Assembly: GCF_964355755.1 (NCBI RefSeq)
Contig: NC_092672.1
Location: 17,745,237 to 17,809,236, forward strand
DNA: 64,000 nucleotides
Source of the DNA: Antedon mediterranea
Taxonomy: Eukaryota; Animalia; Echinodermata
Direction: 5' to 3'
The notes beneath the pieces are model-generated. The model searched no databases and was not told the origin of the DNA. It saw only the letters and a list, made by a program, of their open reading frames with translations. The position numbers and the translations under genes are program-made. Positions within the stretch are counted from its first letter, which is position 1. The number at the start of each line of letters is the position of its first letter. This document shows, piece by piece, positions 14,328 to 27,141 of the stretch.

Positions 14328-14597
14328 TAGACAGGCAGCCCAGATACATTTGGTTAGATGAGCTAGGTATCAATATCTGACTATTTAAGTGTGTTAATTG
14401 GAGGTCACTTGTCAATGTAAATGGAAGTCTGCCGGGTACCCCTTGATGCGTCTATACCGGGGGACACGAAAGGTGCTAACAAATCGGCATCAATTAGATG
14501 AGAGAGATACCACCTAATTTCACCACCATGGGATGCCCATTTGTATCCTATATACCAATATCATATCACCAAACATTTTGTCCTCTGCAATAGGCCC
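14328..14597 (+). repeat. Dispersed repeat, second copy at 21570-21840
   Basis: TAGAC.GGCAGCCCAGA.A.ATTTGGTTAGATGAGCTAGGTA and the following ~250 bp are shared between the two copies. Confidence 0.8.
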
Positions 14598-15699
14598 ATC
14601 AGATCCCCCGAGGGAGGGCCTACAAATGGGGATAGCATAGCTGAGTGAGGTACCACTCAAAATTAATGTCAAATGAACAAGTGTTCATACAATACTAAAT
14701 GGGTAACGACAGACTAATTGTCTGCTGCATCGCAAGTGCCAAACACCCTAAAGTTAGACTAGAGACCCCCCCCCCCCCCCTTCCCACAACTGGCCTAGAT
14801 TAGATATTGTAGATACCACCAGCAGCCAATGTTATATGATTTAGCACATTGTAAGAAATACCAAATGACCTATTAAAGACTATCTGTACACTGCCTTGGC
14901 CCTGGCAGACCCCTCTAAAGTTCGACTAACGACCCCCTTCTCCCAACTAGCCTAGCTATTGTTAGTTGATACAGTAATTAGTTTTGTTAGTACCACTGTG
15001 TGTCCTTCCTTATTTCATTCTGTACAAAGGTATATACTTACAGAACAATTGATATATTGGTCATGTCACAAAAGCTTATCTTCCATACGATATATTAAAT
15101 AGCACGCATTCTGTCTTCTTTTAACATGGACATATTCTTTTATATGGACGAAAACATCAGTCGACTGGTCAAGCGGTTAAGCTTACTGCATGGGTTAAGG
15201 CAGAGGCGCCGCAAATCGGCACAGCTTCAAGACAAGCCTCAAATCCTGGTCAATCTTGATTTTAGAAAGGTCGTTTGTTGCAATGCCAGAATTGTTTGTA
15301 TCAAAAAATTATTTAAACAAATGATTAACCCCAGCAGGATTTTAACCATGTAAAGCTAATACCTAAAGCAAAAAAATGTATCTTTCAACATGCTCATTCA
15401 ATATATATATATATATATTTTTTCCCGGAGAAATCTTACGTAGAAGAATTTTACAGTAGGCGGAGGTATGCACTCTTGGAGTGGCTTTTTAGTTTGTACA
15501 TGGATTGGTCAGTAATGTCAGTAATTATCTAGGACAAGGATGGTCTAATAATAACCGTCTACTACCTCTTTACCACCCAGATACCTACATCTGCTAGGAG
15601 AGAGGCACTTTAATTATAAGAAAAAGATGATTAATTAACATTACAATTTCTCATTAATTTCTTCTTATGGAGATAATAAAGTATGTCGTATTACAAACG

Positions 15700-16525
15700 G
15701 GATCCAATCAAGTCGCCCCATTGCAAAGTCGCCCCATTGCAAAGTCGCTCCAAAACAAAGTTGCCCCGCCACAGTTACCCCATCGCAAAGTCGAAATGTA
15801 GCGTTTTAATTTTACTATTAAAATACCTGCATGTAAAATCGGTCGCATTCAAATATCATATTTTAAAATATTTTTTATTTCTTCATTTTGAAAAGTCATA
15901 AAATTAAATAACAATAGACATATATAACTTGTTAATAAATGCAAAATGATCAATAAGTAGCATATAAATAAATAACATTCATTGTCTTATAACGCTGTTT
16001 GTTTTAACTAATCTATACGAAGGCCTACTACAAATTTATATATTTATTATATTATCCTAAAAAATGAGCTGGTATCCAGAAAGATTCGTAATTGTGGCTC
16101 TGGTAACTAATTTTAAAATCATATTAAATTAAAATTTCGAAACTATAAATCAGGGATAATCTTTTTAGAACTTTCAAACAAGGAACTATTTTTTTAATGA
16201 TTTTCAAAAAGCACATTTACTCCTGTAAAAATAAAATTAAAACGCAAAAAATTTAGTAAACATTATAATATACTACATTTGGCGCGACCAAAGTAACAAC
16301 GAGATCAATATCAAACGCAACCGATTCGATTAAAACAGCGTACTACTAGCGGTGGCGCTTCATACCAAAATAAAACCGTAGGCGACTTAGTGATGGGACG
16401 ACTTTGCATTGGGGCGACTTTGTGATGGGGCGACTTCACGTTGGGGCGACTTCGAGTTGGTGCGACTGTGTCAGCGCGACTTTGTTTTGGGGCGACTTTG
16501 CGATGGGGCGACTTGACTAGCATCC
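15700..16525. mobile_element. MULE-like MITE with subterminal tandem repeats
   Basis: GGATC/GATCC-type termini, inverted arrays of AAGTCGCCCCA at both ends, TSD TTACAAAC(G/C). Lies 50 bp from the ALG3 exon 1 donor. Confidence 0.85.
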
Positions 16526-16575
16526 TTACAAACCTACACACGTAGGCCTAGTAGTAGTAGGCCTAGTAAACATAC

Positions 16576-16714
16576 ATTTTATATTTTGTATAACCCACAC
16601 GTTTAATACTAGTTCTGCAACAATTAACGCAAGGCCAATGAGCCAGATGAATTGTGAATCAAAGAACAACTGGGTACGTGCTTGGAATATTCGTCGAATT
16701 AATGAAATTGCCAT
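16576..16714 (-). CDS. ALG3: ALG3 (Dol-P-Man:Man5GlcNAc2-PP-Dol alpha-1,3-mannosyltransferase) coding exon 1
   Basis: MAISLIRRIF...LIVAELVLNVWVIQNIK resembles the first TM segment of ALG3. It ends AAA T|GTATGT (phase 1 donor) and joins exon 2 to give KYTEIDW. Confidence 0.9.
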
Positions 16715-16752
16715 TTGTAAACAAACTTTTTAAGCTTAGGCCTAGCCCTAGC

Positions 16753-16907
16753 CAAAGAATATATCACAAGAATGAGTATTCCGCGATTTTTGCATGAGAA
16801 ATTTGTAACAGAGAGTGATGCCCGCCCTCATAAGGACGGATGTATAAAATAAGACTTTATTTAATTTAATAGATATTATACATGTCACATTAAATAGAAT
16901 TATGATA
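16753..16907 (+). mobile_element. Truncated left end of the P-like element family at 29874
   Basis: CAAAGAATATATCACAAGAATGAGTATTCCGCGATTTTT...CACATTAAATAGAATTATGATA matches 29874-30030. Confidence 0.85.
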
Positions 16908-17778
16908 TGTTTTTCATGTTATCACTGTGCTCAAGTATATGAAAATGACTATAGTTGAGAACAGTGTTAAACAGGATCGTACATTAATGTTTGTTGTATT
17001 GCATTCTGTTAACTAGAGATTTTATGTCAACTTCACTGCACTATCTGACATCACTGAACCTATTGACTTTACCCAAATGATTGATACAATTACACGACCT
17101 TCAAATGATCATCAATCTGGAACTATTATTGACTTATTATTTACATGTCCGCCAGAAAAGGTATCACCTAAAATGTTGGTTAATCCAGTCGATACTAGTG
17201 ATTACTATGCAATCTTTTTTCAAATTTCTACAAGAAAATCTGTTCAACCAAAGTCGACGACACGAGTTTCTTGCTACGCTCTAAAGCTGATTTTGGTCAT
17301 TTAAATAATTTGATTCATCTGGCTCTCTGGTGTGCATTCTTAGACAGTACAGATGTTAACAAGTCTCTAGAAGGATTCATGGACTTGCTCGATGTTGCTG
17401 TTAGAGACAGCATTCCTCGTATATCAAGAAAAGCACGTATAACATACAGACCCTTGGATTACAAGATTCCAAGATATAAATAAACTGATTCAAAAAGAAA
17501 AGAATACTTTTCAAGAAAGCTAAGTTAACTGAATACATTTCCGATTGGGAAATATATAAGAAATTGGGAAATATATAAGAAATTGGGAAATCGTGTAAAG
17601 TGTCTTGTACGAAAGAGTTATGGAACTTATTTGGACAATTTGTTTTTCTCAGACAATAATCGTAAACGTTTTTGGGAATTTGTTAAATCTACCTTGCAAA
17701 CATTTAATGTTAATAATCAGATCTTAGAAATTCTACATGATATTTCCAATGCTTTTAATTCTTACTTTTGCTCTGTTT

Positions 17779-18121
17779 TTAGTCGCGTGGACGCGACTCT
17801 ATAGTTCACTATGTCAGTCGGTCGGTCGGTCGGTCGGTCTGGTATCACTATGCGTTTTATCGCTTTCTGACCTTATCTTGATATCAGTTTAATTTAGCTA
17901 AGTCAATTTTTCACAGTATATTCCCTTATGGCCAGGAATCGATGTGGTTACGTTACGTCAAAAGTGACAGGCTACGCACGTGTAAATTAAAAAAATATAA
18001 ATGTTTTTAAACATTTCAAGATTTTTAAACATGTTCAGTAATTTTGGTCAGTTGGTAGGTTGGTCGGTCGGTCGGTAAACACTAATGAGCACGCGACTGC
18101 AGCCATCTATATGGCCTTGTT
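17779..18121 (+). mobile_element. HINE family B copy inserted in the LINE
   Basis: 5' IR AGTCGCGT-GG-ACGCGACT, (GTCG)n, 3' subTIR CACGCGACT plus hairpin GCCAT-CTAT-ATGGC; inserted in a T run. Confidence 0.85.
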
Positions 18122-19791
18122 AATTATCCTAATCTCCTTCCGTCTACACCCCCTGCTTGCAATATCCAATCTCCATCCTTTCCTCCATTGGATAACATTG
18201 ACTTCACTCCTAAAGATGTTGCTGATGCCCTCTCTACATTCTCATCGTTTGCTTCACCTGGTCCTGATAACATTTCACCTTGGCTTCTTCAGACTATTTC
18301 TTTGCCTATTTCTTATCCTCTGTATACTATTTTCTCACAATCTCTTAACTCATGAACTCTTTCCCTCCAGTGGAAACATGCAGAAGTTGTTCCAATTTTT
18401 AAATCTGGTGATGCATCCACTTTGTCAAACTATCTCCCAGTTGCCCTTACTTCAATCATCTGCAAGTACGTGTCTTGAAGAAATTGTAAAAAAGACCATC
18501 TCCTCACATTTATCAGAGTTGTTACTATTGTACCCAGGCCAGCATGGTTTTGTAAAAGGTAAATCTTGTGCTACTCTTCTAACTAATATTTCTCATAGCT
18601 GGTCCTTAATTCTTGACAAGCCACAACCTCACATCATTGATGCTGTATTTTTGGACATGTCAAAGGCTTTTGATAAACTTCCTCTCATGACGTCCTCCTA
18701 CTTAAGAAACTCGCTCAACAACAATATAACATTTGCGGACCCTTGTGGCATTGAATTTAATCCTTTTTAACCCACAGAGTTCGTTTTGCCGGTAACGTTT
18801 CCTTCAAAGGTTTGGTCACATCTGGAGTCCGACAAGGCAGCGTTTTAGGTCCTCTTTTATTTAACTTATTTGTCAATGACTCTATTCTGAACTCTACTTT
18901 TGTACTCTTTGCTGATCTTCTCATTTATAGACCCATTCATTCAGATACCGACCCTACAATTCTTCAATCTGATCTTCATTCCATTCACCAGTGGGCATGT
19001 CATTTAACTCAAAGAAGAAGACAAAAGTGATGCATATTACTCGGAAGAAAATTTACATTCCTCACACTCATTTCTATAATGGCCAACCTCTTTTCACTGT
19101 CTCCTCACACAAATATCTTGGTCTCACTCTCGACAACAAATTATCCTGGAATGAACATATAAATAATGTTGTTTATAAGGCAAACATAATGTCTGGGCTT
19201 ATTTTTAGTGTTGCTAATAATGCTTCAAACCCTGCTTTACTGTCTCTTTTTAAATCTTAAATTTTACCCATTCTTGACTATGGACTTTCTGCTATGGTTG
19301 CCTCAAACCAAGTCCCAGTCAATCCGCATAGAGCGCATCTAACGAAATTTTACAAGAAGAATTCTAAAATGTAAAGGAGGAGAGATACCATAAGTTACCA
19401 GGTTAAAATCTTTTAACCTCATGTCTCTTGAAAACCGTCGCAACAAAATCCTTTTTCACTTTTTTATTTTTAAATGTCTTTACGGCTTTACTGACTGCTC
19501 TTCTGTCATCCAGAATCTCACAATCAATCCTAGACATACTGCTGAAGACCTCACTTTTAATCATCTCTTTTCTCGAACCCTGGCCCTTCGTAATTCTCCT
19601 ATAAACCGCTTCCCTAAGCTTTGGTCTCAGTTACCTTCCTTATTACGCCAATTAGCTGTTACTGAATCTTTTCCTCATCTTTTATCATCTATTGACTCTT
19701 TCCTTCATGATAATTATCTTTAATTCTTTTTTTTTGTATATTTAATTCAATTTTTTGGTATATCATGTTTGTTCTATTTTGTTCTGTATAC

Positions 19792-19824
19792 CAGGGAGTT
19801 GTTATTAGTAATAACAACTCCCTG
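19792..19824. mobile_element. 33-bp palindrome with 7-bp TSD (P-type excision footprint)
   Basis: TGTATAC-[CAGGGAGTTGTTATTA G TAATAACAACTCCCTG]-TGTATAC. Confidence 0.8.
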
Positions 19825-19985
19825 TGTATACTCACAGCTTTATAGTTTATTTGTTTATAAAATTATATATTTATTTTACTTAAGATCATTTTAGTTACAG
19901 TGATCGTATTACTTTAGCAGTTCCTGACCAATTCATCTTTGTACATTGTATATTATGTTTTGCTGGTCAAATAAATAAATGAAAT

Positions 19986-21562
19986 GTATATTGTTAAGTT
20001 TATCCTATTCTTTATCACTGTGCTCAAGTATATCAAAATGACTATAATTGAGAACAGTGTTAAACTGCATCGTGTACTTGTGTTATTTGTTGTATTTTGT
20101 TAAGTTTATCCTATTCTTTATCACTGTGCTCAAGTATACCAAAATGACTATAATTGAGAACAGTGTTAAACTGCATCGTGTACTTGTGTTATTTGTTGTA
20201 TATTGTTAAGTTTATCCTATTCTTTATCACTGTGCTCAAGTATACTAAAATGACTATAATTGAGAACAGTGTTAAACTGCATCGTGTACTTGTGTTATTT
20301 GTTGTATTTTGTTAAGTTTATCCTATTCTTTATCACTGTGATACCAACATGGCTATAGTTGAGAACAGTGTTAAACTACATCGTGTACTTGTGTTATTTG
20401 TTGTATTTTGTTAAGTTTATCCTATTCTTAATCACTGTGCTCAAGTATACCAACATGGCTATAGCTGAGAACAGTGTTAAACTATCCTATTCTTTATCAC
20501 TGTGCTCAAGTATACCAACATGGCTATAGTTGAGAACAACGTTAAACTACATCGTACATTAATTTTATTTGTTATATATTGTTAAGTTTACCCTATTCTG
20601 TAAGTGTATCACTGTGCTCAAGTATACCAAAATTACTATAGTTGAGAACAGTGTTAAATTGGATCGTACATTAATATTATTTGTTGTATTTTGTTAAGTT
20701 TATCCTATTCTTTATCACTGTGCTCAAGTATACCAAAATGACTATAGTTGAGAACAGCTTTAAACTGCATCGTGTACTTGTGTTATTTGTTGTATAGCCT
20801 ATTGTTAAGTTTATCCTATTCTTTATCACTGTGCTGAAGTATACCAAAATGACTATAGTTGAGAACAGTGTTAAACTGGATCGTACATTAATGTTTTTTG
20901 TTGTATATTGTTAAGTTTATCCAATTCTTTATCACTGTGCTCAAGTATACCAAAATGACTATAGTTGAGAACAGTGTTAAAAACTGGACATTAATGTTAT
21001 TTGTTGTATCTTGTTAAGTTTATCCAATTCTTTATCACTGTGCTCAAGTATACCAAAATGACTATAGTTGAGAACAGTGTTAAACTACATCGTACATTAA
21101 TTTTATTTGTTGTAGTACGGTATATTGTTAAGTTTATCCTATTCTTTATCACTGTGCTCAAGTATACCAAAATGACTATAGATAAGAAAACAGTGTGAAA
21201 CTGGATCGTACATTAATGTTATTTTCTGTTTATTCAAAGTTTATCCTATTCTTTATCACTGTGCTCAAGTATACCAAAATGACTATAGTTGAGAACAGTT
21301 TTAAACTGCATCGTGTAGGCCCTACTTGTGTTATTTGTTGTATATTGTTAAGTTTATCCTATTCTTTATCACTGTGCTCAAGTATTCCAAAATGACTATA
21401 GTTGAGAACAGTGTTAAACTGGATCATACATTAATGCTATTTGTTGTATATATTGTTAAGTTATCCTATTCTTTATCCTTTATCACTGCAAGTATACCAA
21501 AATGACTATAGTTGAGAACAGTGTTAAACTACATCGTACATTAATGTTATTTGTTGTATATT
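19986..21562. repeat. Tandem array, 106-bp unit, ~15 copies (one more unit at 16918-17000)
   Basis: TTTATCACTGTG recurs at 20011, 20117, 20223, 20329 and onward. Each unit has a CACTGTGCTCAA...TTGAGAACAGTG hairpin. Confidence 0.95.
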
Positions 21563-21842
21563 GAGGTTATAGACCGGCAGCCCAGAGATATTTGGTTAGA
21601 TGAGCTAGGTACCAATATCTGACTATTTAAGTGTGTTGGGGGTCACTTTAAGTCAATGAAAATGGGAGTCTGCCGGGTACCCCCTGCTGCGTCTAGACCG
21701 GGGGGACCCCGAAACGTGCTAAAAAATCGACCCCGGGTAGATGAGAGAGATACCACCTAATTTTACCACCATGGGATGCCCATTTACATCTTTATACCAG
21801 TATCACAAACGACAGACTTTTTCTCTGCTGCAAAAGGCCCGC

Positions 21843-22047
21843 AAATATTACAGTATATGAGATAAATGACGTTTTTGGTTAAACAATTAATTGATTGTCT
21901 TCTTATCCGAAAAATGCGGCCAGTTTGGTTACTCTTAAATTTTTCATTAGAATCAACCAATGAACAAGTTTTGCGAGATTTGCCTCAAAGGTGACTGCCC
22001 AAATTTTGGCTGTCATGAGAGTTAATTTCACTCTAAATATTTGGATC
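21843..22047 (+). repeat. Dispersed repeat, second copy at 44763-44960
   Basis: AATATTACAGTATATGAG...CAACCAATGAACAAGTTTTGC.AGATTTGCCTCA is shared. Confidence 0.8.
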
Positions 22048-22397
22048 TGACTAATATATCACGAAGGTTGGGAGAAATGCAATAATGGGTAGTTCCGGTG
22101 TAAGATTGAATTGTGTCCAGCATTCAAAAGTGTCCGGGTGGACACTTTTCAGCATTGGATAGTGTCCAGTTGCATGTTTCAACGGGTTCGTGGGCGTTTT
22201 TCAACAATTTAATGCTGTCCGGCCCGTTTAATAATGTCTGACCCATGGATTGAAATGCGTCCACTATTAAATACTGTATCATACGTTTTATGATAGGTGG
22301 TTGTTTTTATCACGCCTGCACTTGTCTTCTCTTCTTTTAATAACCAATAATACTTAATGATGCCAAACAAATTTTTTTTTTCTAATTAAATATCGCT

Positions 22398-23986
22398 TTG
22401 CCTAAACACCTCCAATTAGGGACCATTATATTATATGGTATGTGAAAAGACAAGAAGAATAAATAATTGTTAATTATGTGACAAAATTAAGTAAATGTAC
22501 TGGTCCGCTTCCAATTAAAGGTCACTTTACTTTAAGACACCTCTAATTAGTGACCATTTTTATTAATTGGTATGAGTAAAGGCAAGAATAATTAATAGTT
22601 TTAATTATGTGACAAAATTAAGTAAATGTACTGGTCCGCTTCCAATTAAAGGTCACTTTACTTTAAGACACCTCTAATTAGCGACCATTTTATTAATTGG
22701 TAGAAGTAAATACAAGAGGAATACATAGTTTTATTATGATAGTGACAAAATTAAGTAACTGTACTAGTCCTCTTCCAGTTATAGATCACTTTACTTAAAG
22801 AAACCTCCAATTAGCGACCATTATATTATTTAGTATTAATAAAGCAAGAAGAATATATAGTTATTAATTATGTGACAAAAAACAAGTAATTGTACTGGTC
22901 CTCTTTCAATAAAGGACCACTTTACTTAAAACACCTCCAATTAGCGACCATTTTATTAATTGGTATGAGTAAAGACAATAATAATTAATAGTTTTAATTA
23001 TGTGACAAAATTAAGTAACTGTACTGACTGGTCCGCTTCCAATTAAAGGTCACTTTACTTTAAGACACCTCTAATTAGCGACCATTTTATTAATTGGTAG
23101 GAGTAAATACAAGAAGAATACATAGTTTTAATTAAGATAGTGACAAAATTAAGTAACTGTACTAGTCCTCTTCCAGTTATAGATCACTTTACTTAAAGAA
23201 ACCTCCAATTAGCGACCATTATATTATTTAGTATGAATAAAGACAAAAAGAATAAATAATTGTTAAGTATGTGACAAAAACAAGTAAATGAAGTGGTCCT
23301 CTTCCATTAAAAATCACTTTACCTAAAACACCTCCAATTAGCGACCATTATATTAATTGGTATGAGTAAAGACAATAATAATTAATAGTTTTAATTATTT
23401 GACAAAATTAAGTAACTGTACTGGTCCGCTTCCAATTAAAGATCACTTTACTTTAAGACACCTCTAATTAGTGACCATTTTTATTAATTGGTATGAGTAA
23501 AGGCAAGAATAATTAATAGTTTAATTATGTGACAAAATTAAGTAAATGTACTGGTCCTCTTCCAATTAAAGATCACTTCAGTTTAAGACACTTCCAATTA
23601 GCGACCGTTATATTATTTTGTATGAATAAAGACAAGTAAGAAGAAATAGTTTATAATCATGTGATAAAAAACAAGTAATTGTACTGGTCCTCTTCCAATT
23701 AAAGATCACTTCAATTTAAACACTTCCATTTAGCGACCGTTTTATTATTTTGTATGAGTACAGACAAGAGGAATAACTAGTTTATAATCATGTGATAAAA
23801 AACAAGTAATTGTACTGGTCCTCTTCCAATTAAAGATCACTTTACTTTAAGACACTTCCAATTAGCGACCGTTTTATTATTTTGTACGAGCACAGACAAG
23901 AGGAATAAATAGTTTATAATCATGTGATTAAAAACAAGTAATTGTACTGGTCCTCTTCCAATTAAAGATCACTTTACTGTAAGACA
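22398..23986. repeat. Tandem array, ~131-bp unit, ~12 copies, inside the Ginger1 element
   Basis: GTGACAAAA recurs at 22478, 22609, 22742, 22872, 23002, 23140, 23271 and onward; a variant block repeats at 398-bp (3-unit) spacing. Confidence 0.95.
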
Positions 23987-24548
23987 GACACGACTAAAAG
24001 GTGAAATAATAATAACAAATAATAATAACAGGATTTTTATAGCGCACATACCACAGAGTGCTCAAGGCGCATTCAAAAAAATAATAATAATAAAAATAAA
24101 TCATACAACTCTCCCGGTCCCGAGAGCCGCTGTTTTGAGGTTGACCTGACAATTGTGGCAATTACCAATTGGGACATTACCCTTGCTGGACATCTGGTAA
24201 AAATAAATACTGATTATGCTGCCACTTTAGTACACAAAACGATAAATAAAAAAAAAATAATACAACTTGTAGCATTCCATTTAAACTAATACAGTAGGCC
24301 CTGTTCAAAACTGCTAGTGTAGAAAAGTCAAATCCACCCATATAATAAAACCTAGAACTATAGCTAATGATGTAGAAACACCAACAGCTTATTTATTAAA
24401 TAAAAATCAACATTATACTAATGTACAACTCAACAGGTAACGAAAATTGCCTCACAGCTAATGTAGTTAATATCGCCAGCTAATAAAATATTATATATTT
24501 TACAAACCTAAATGTCTAAATCATGTGCAAATGTATTTCTCTACTTGC

Positions 24549-24870
24549 CGTCAGTCTATCCACCTCTCGTAAGTGATCGGCTTTCAAAACTTAGCACTCT
24601 GATCGTAAGCAACCACCCTTGTTAGCGACCACCTTTAATATTTAAAAGGGACTACCTCTGTTAAAGGACCGCTTCTCACAATGGACAACCTCCTGAAGGG
24701 GTAACCACCTCTCATAACGGACTGCTTTCATAAACTACCACCGCTCGTAGACGACCACTTCTTTTACCGACTACACCTCCCGTAAGTGACCACCTCAATA
24801 GAGGTGGTAATTTGCGAAAGGTGGTCGTTACGGAATTATGAGAAGTGGTCCCTTAGGAGAGGTGGACGTT
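24549..24870. mobile_element. Degenerate Tc1/mariner-type MITE (GACCACCT repeats)
   Basis: Repeated AAG(C/T)GACCACCT motifs followed by inverted AGGTGGTC copies. Confidence 0.5.
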
Positions 24871-25913
24871 TTTTTTTAGAGATTATTCGAAAAAAACAAA
24901 AAACCGAAATACCCTTGAGTGAACGAATAATTATGATGCGCAATTAAGGTGTTTATTTTGCCATATAAAATATAAAAAAATAAATATTTTTTGGTAATAT
25001 GCATCAACAATATTTTTCAAATGTATTTTAGATAAATAAATAAATAATGTAAAATCTCTAGAAACAAAAAAAATATTGTGACTAACCAATTCAATGTTTT
25101 ATTAAATAAAACCAAAAATCACGCACCTGTGAAAAAAAAATATAATGAAAAAGAACTCACTTTAACAATGACGAACTTACTTGTTTAAAGCACTTTTGTT
25201 ATCAGTTAATATTATTAAATTAGTAACAGTATTATGAATATTACAAAATAATATTTTGAGAACTGAAAAATATTTTGAAGGAACAAATATATTTAGGGAG
25301 AACAAAATAAGATTTCAAGAACTGAACAATATAAAAAACGAATTACTACTTCGAGACAAGGAATGATCGAGAGAACGAAATAATTTCGAGGGAAATTATT
25401 TCGTTCTCTCGCGAATTAGTAATTCGAATTCCAATGAAATAATATTTCGAGAGAACGAAAATAGGTAGGCCCTATGCCTATATGATTTAGTGATATTCAT
25501 TCCCTAGAAATAATAATACAGTACCGGTAGGCTATATATTTTTTCAAGTTGTCGATTTACTTCAAATTGACAACAGGTTGTATATACTCAATCAAAAACA
25601 AACAATTTAATTTGATTAGACTATATGTCTCCAGATATAATAATAGTAATATTTATTTCAATCGACTTGATATTTTGCGATTCAAGTTGGTATTCTAAGG
25701 AATTATAATTACCCTAACGGGAGTTGGTGACCGTCCAGTGCCCTAGTTTTTACGGGGTTAATATGATGTCGATGTCGATGGTCCTACTTTTTTATCGATG
25801 AAAGCTGCCCGGGTGGTTGCAGCCATTTTCAACAGCTGGTATTACACTATTCAATGCTGAAAATTGTCCAGTGGACACTTTCAAACACCGGACACATTTA
25901 AATCTTACACCGG

Positions 25914-27141
25914 AAAAACAGTCCTGAGACGTTCTGTGGACTGTAGAATGGGCATATGTTTCTCAATAAATTAATATCCCGTAATGGAGGTAACCTAGGG
26001 TGATAGGTTGTGACCAATGACACTCTGGTCGAACTTGGCTGATGTAGTTTGTACGTCAGTGTTTGACATCGAGGAATATCTTTTGCTTTCTTTATAGCAG
26101 TTTCGATGTCCTTCTTGTAATTTCTATTCCGGAGATGATGTCCGGTTAGTTCTTCGGTACGATTCTGAAAATCTAAATCTGAAGAACAGATACGTCTGAT
26201 ACGTAATGCTTTACTGTTCGGTAGTACAGTGTTGGGGATGACAACTGCTAGGGAGCAGGTACATATTTTTATCTGTGGGTTTATGGATAAAAAAATCAAC
26301 GCTACTAGTGGATTTGGTAGCTGTAAATTTGATAGTTGGGTGGGCTGAATTAATATTGAGAAGAAAAAATTCCAAATTATCTTCAGATCATGAAGATGTC
26401 GTCATAATATATATATATTTTATGGCGATCCTGTTTTTTCTTTACACTGTTGGATACTGAATAAATAAATAAAACCAAAAAAGTGGTTTATTAGGTTGGA
26501 GGGACAGAAATTTGGCCTCAAATTGTCCCATAAATAAATTTGCAAAAGATGGCGCCATTTTTGTGCCCATCGCTGTGCCATGAATTTGAAAGTAATGGTA
26601 ATTTCCAAAACTAAAATTGTTGTTGGTTAAAATCAACATGACCAGTTCTCATAAATGAGCTTTAGTAGGCGTTTTGCCTGTAATTTGTTTGTAATTTAAA
26701 ATACATGCGTCGGCTCCTTCTTTGTGAGGGATATTAGTATACAACGATGAAACATCTAATGTAGCCAGAATAGAATTATTATGTTAATTTTAAATTTGGT
26801 TAATTTTGCGGATAAAGTCCGTGGAGTCCTGAATGTATGAAGGGAGATTAGTCACATATGGTCTAAGTAAATCATTCCCATATTCAGAAATTTTCTCTGT
26901 AGCAGTGCCATTGCCCAAAATAATGGGTCTACCAGGATTGCCTGTTTTGTGGATTCTATGTAGGAAATAAAATCTGCCTTGAACTGGATTGACCTGTGCC
27001 AAATGAAGTCCAATCTTAGGATCGATGGAGTGTTTTTTTTACCATCACAGAAACAGATTTGGCCACCTTATCCGCAATTTACGGGGTGGGATCCGATGTA
27101 AGTTTACGATATATGGAAGAGGATTGTTTAGCTGTCTTAAG
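25914..27141 (-). mobile_element. Penelope-like element RT remnant (continues at 22050-22098)
   Basis: IHKTGNPGRPII, LATLDVSSLYTNIPH, GTAMGTKMAPSFANLFM, DDIF, HPTIKFT, KALRIRRICS; multiple frameshifts. Confidence 0.9.

Larger units (their letters stand above)
13327..15494 (+). mobile_element. HINE family A full-length copy with nested insertions
   Basis: 5' TTACCTCCGCCAAGGAGGT, (GTTT/GTAT)n, 3' subTIR GGCGGAGGT plus hairpin CACTC-TTG-GAGTG and a TAGTTT end. This is the canonical HINE/DINE-1 architecture. Confidence 0.8.
17001..19985 (+). mobile_element. Degraded CR1/Jockey-group LINE (APE end plus RT) inserted in the 106-bp array
   Basis: TIIDLLFT/SDY (APE end); QHGFVKGKSC, DAVFLDMSKAFDK, SGVRQGSVLGPLLF, LFAD, KYLG. 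Frameshifted; AATAAATAAAT tail. Array units flank both sides. Confidence 0.9.
22099..25909. mobile_element. Non-autonomous Ginger1-like DNA transposon
   Basis: TGTAAGATT...AATCTTACA termini, ~70-bp imperfect TIRs, CCGG TSD (22095-98 and 25910-13). Removing it restores the Penelope frame LRTVFPELPIIAF. Confidence 0.85.
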
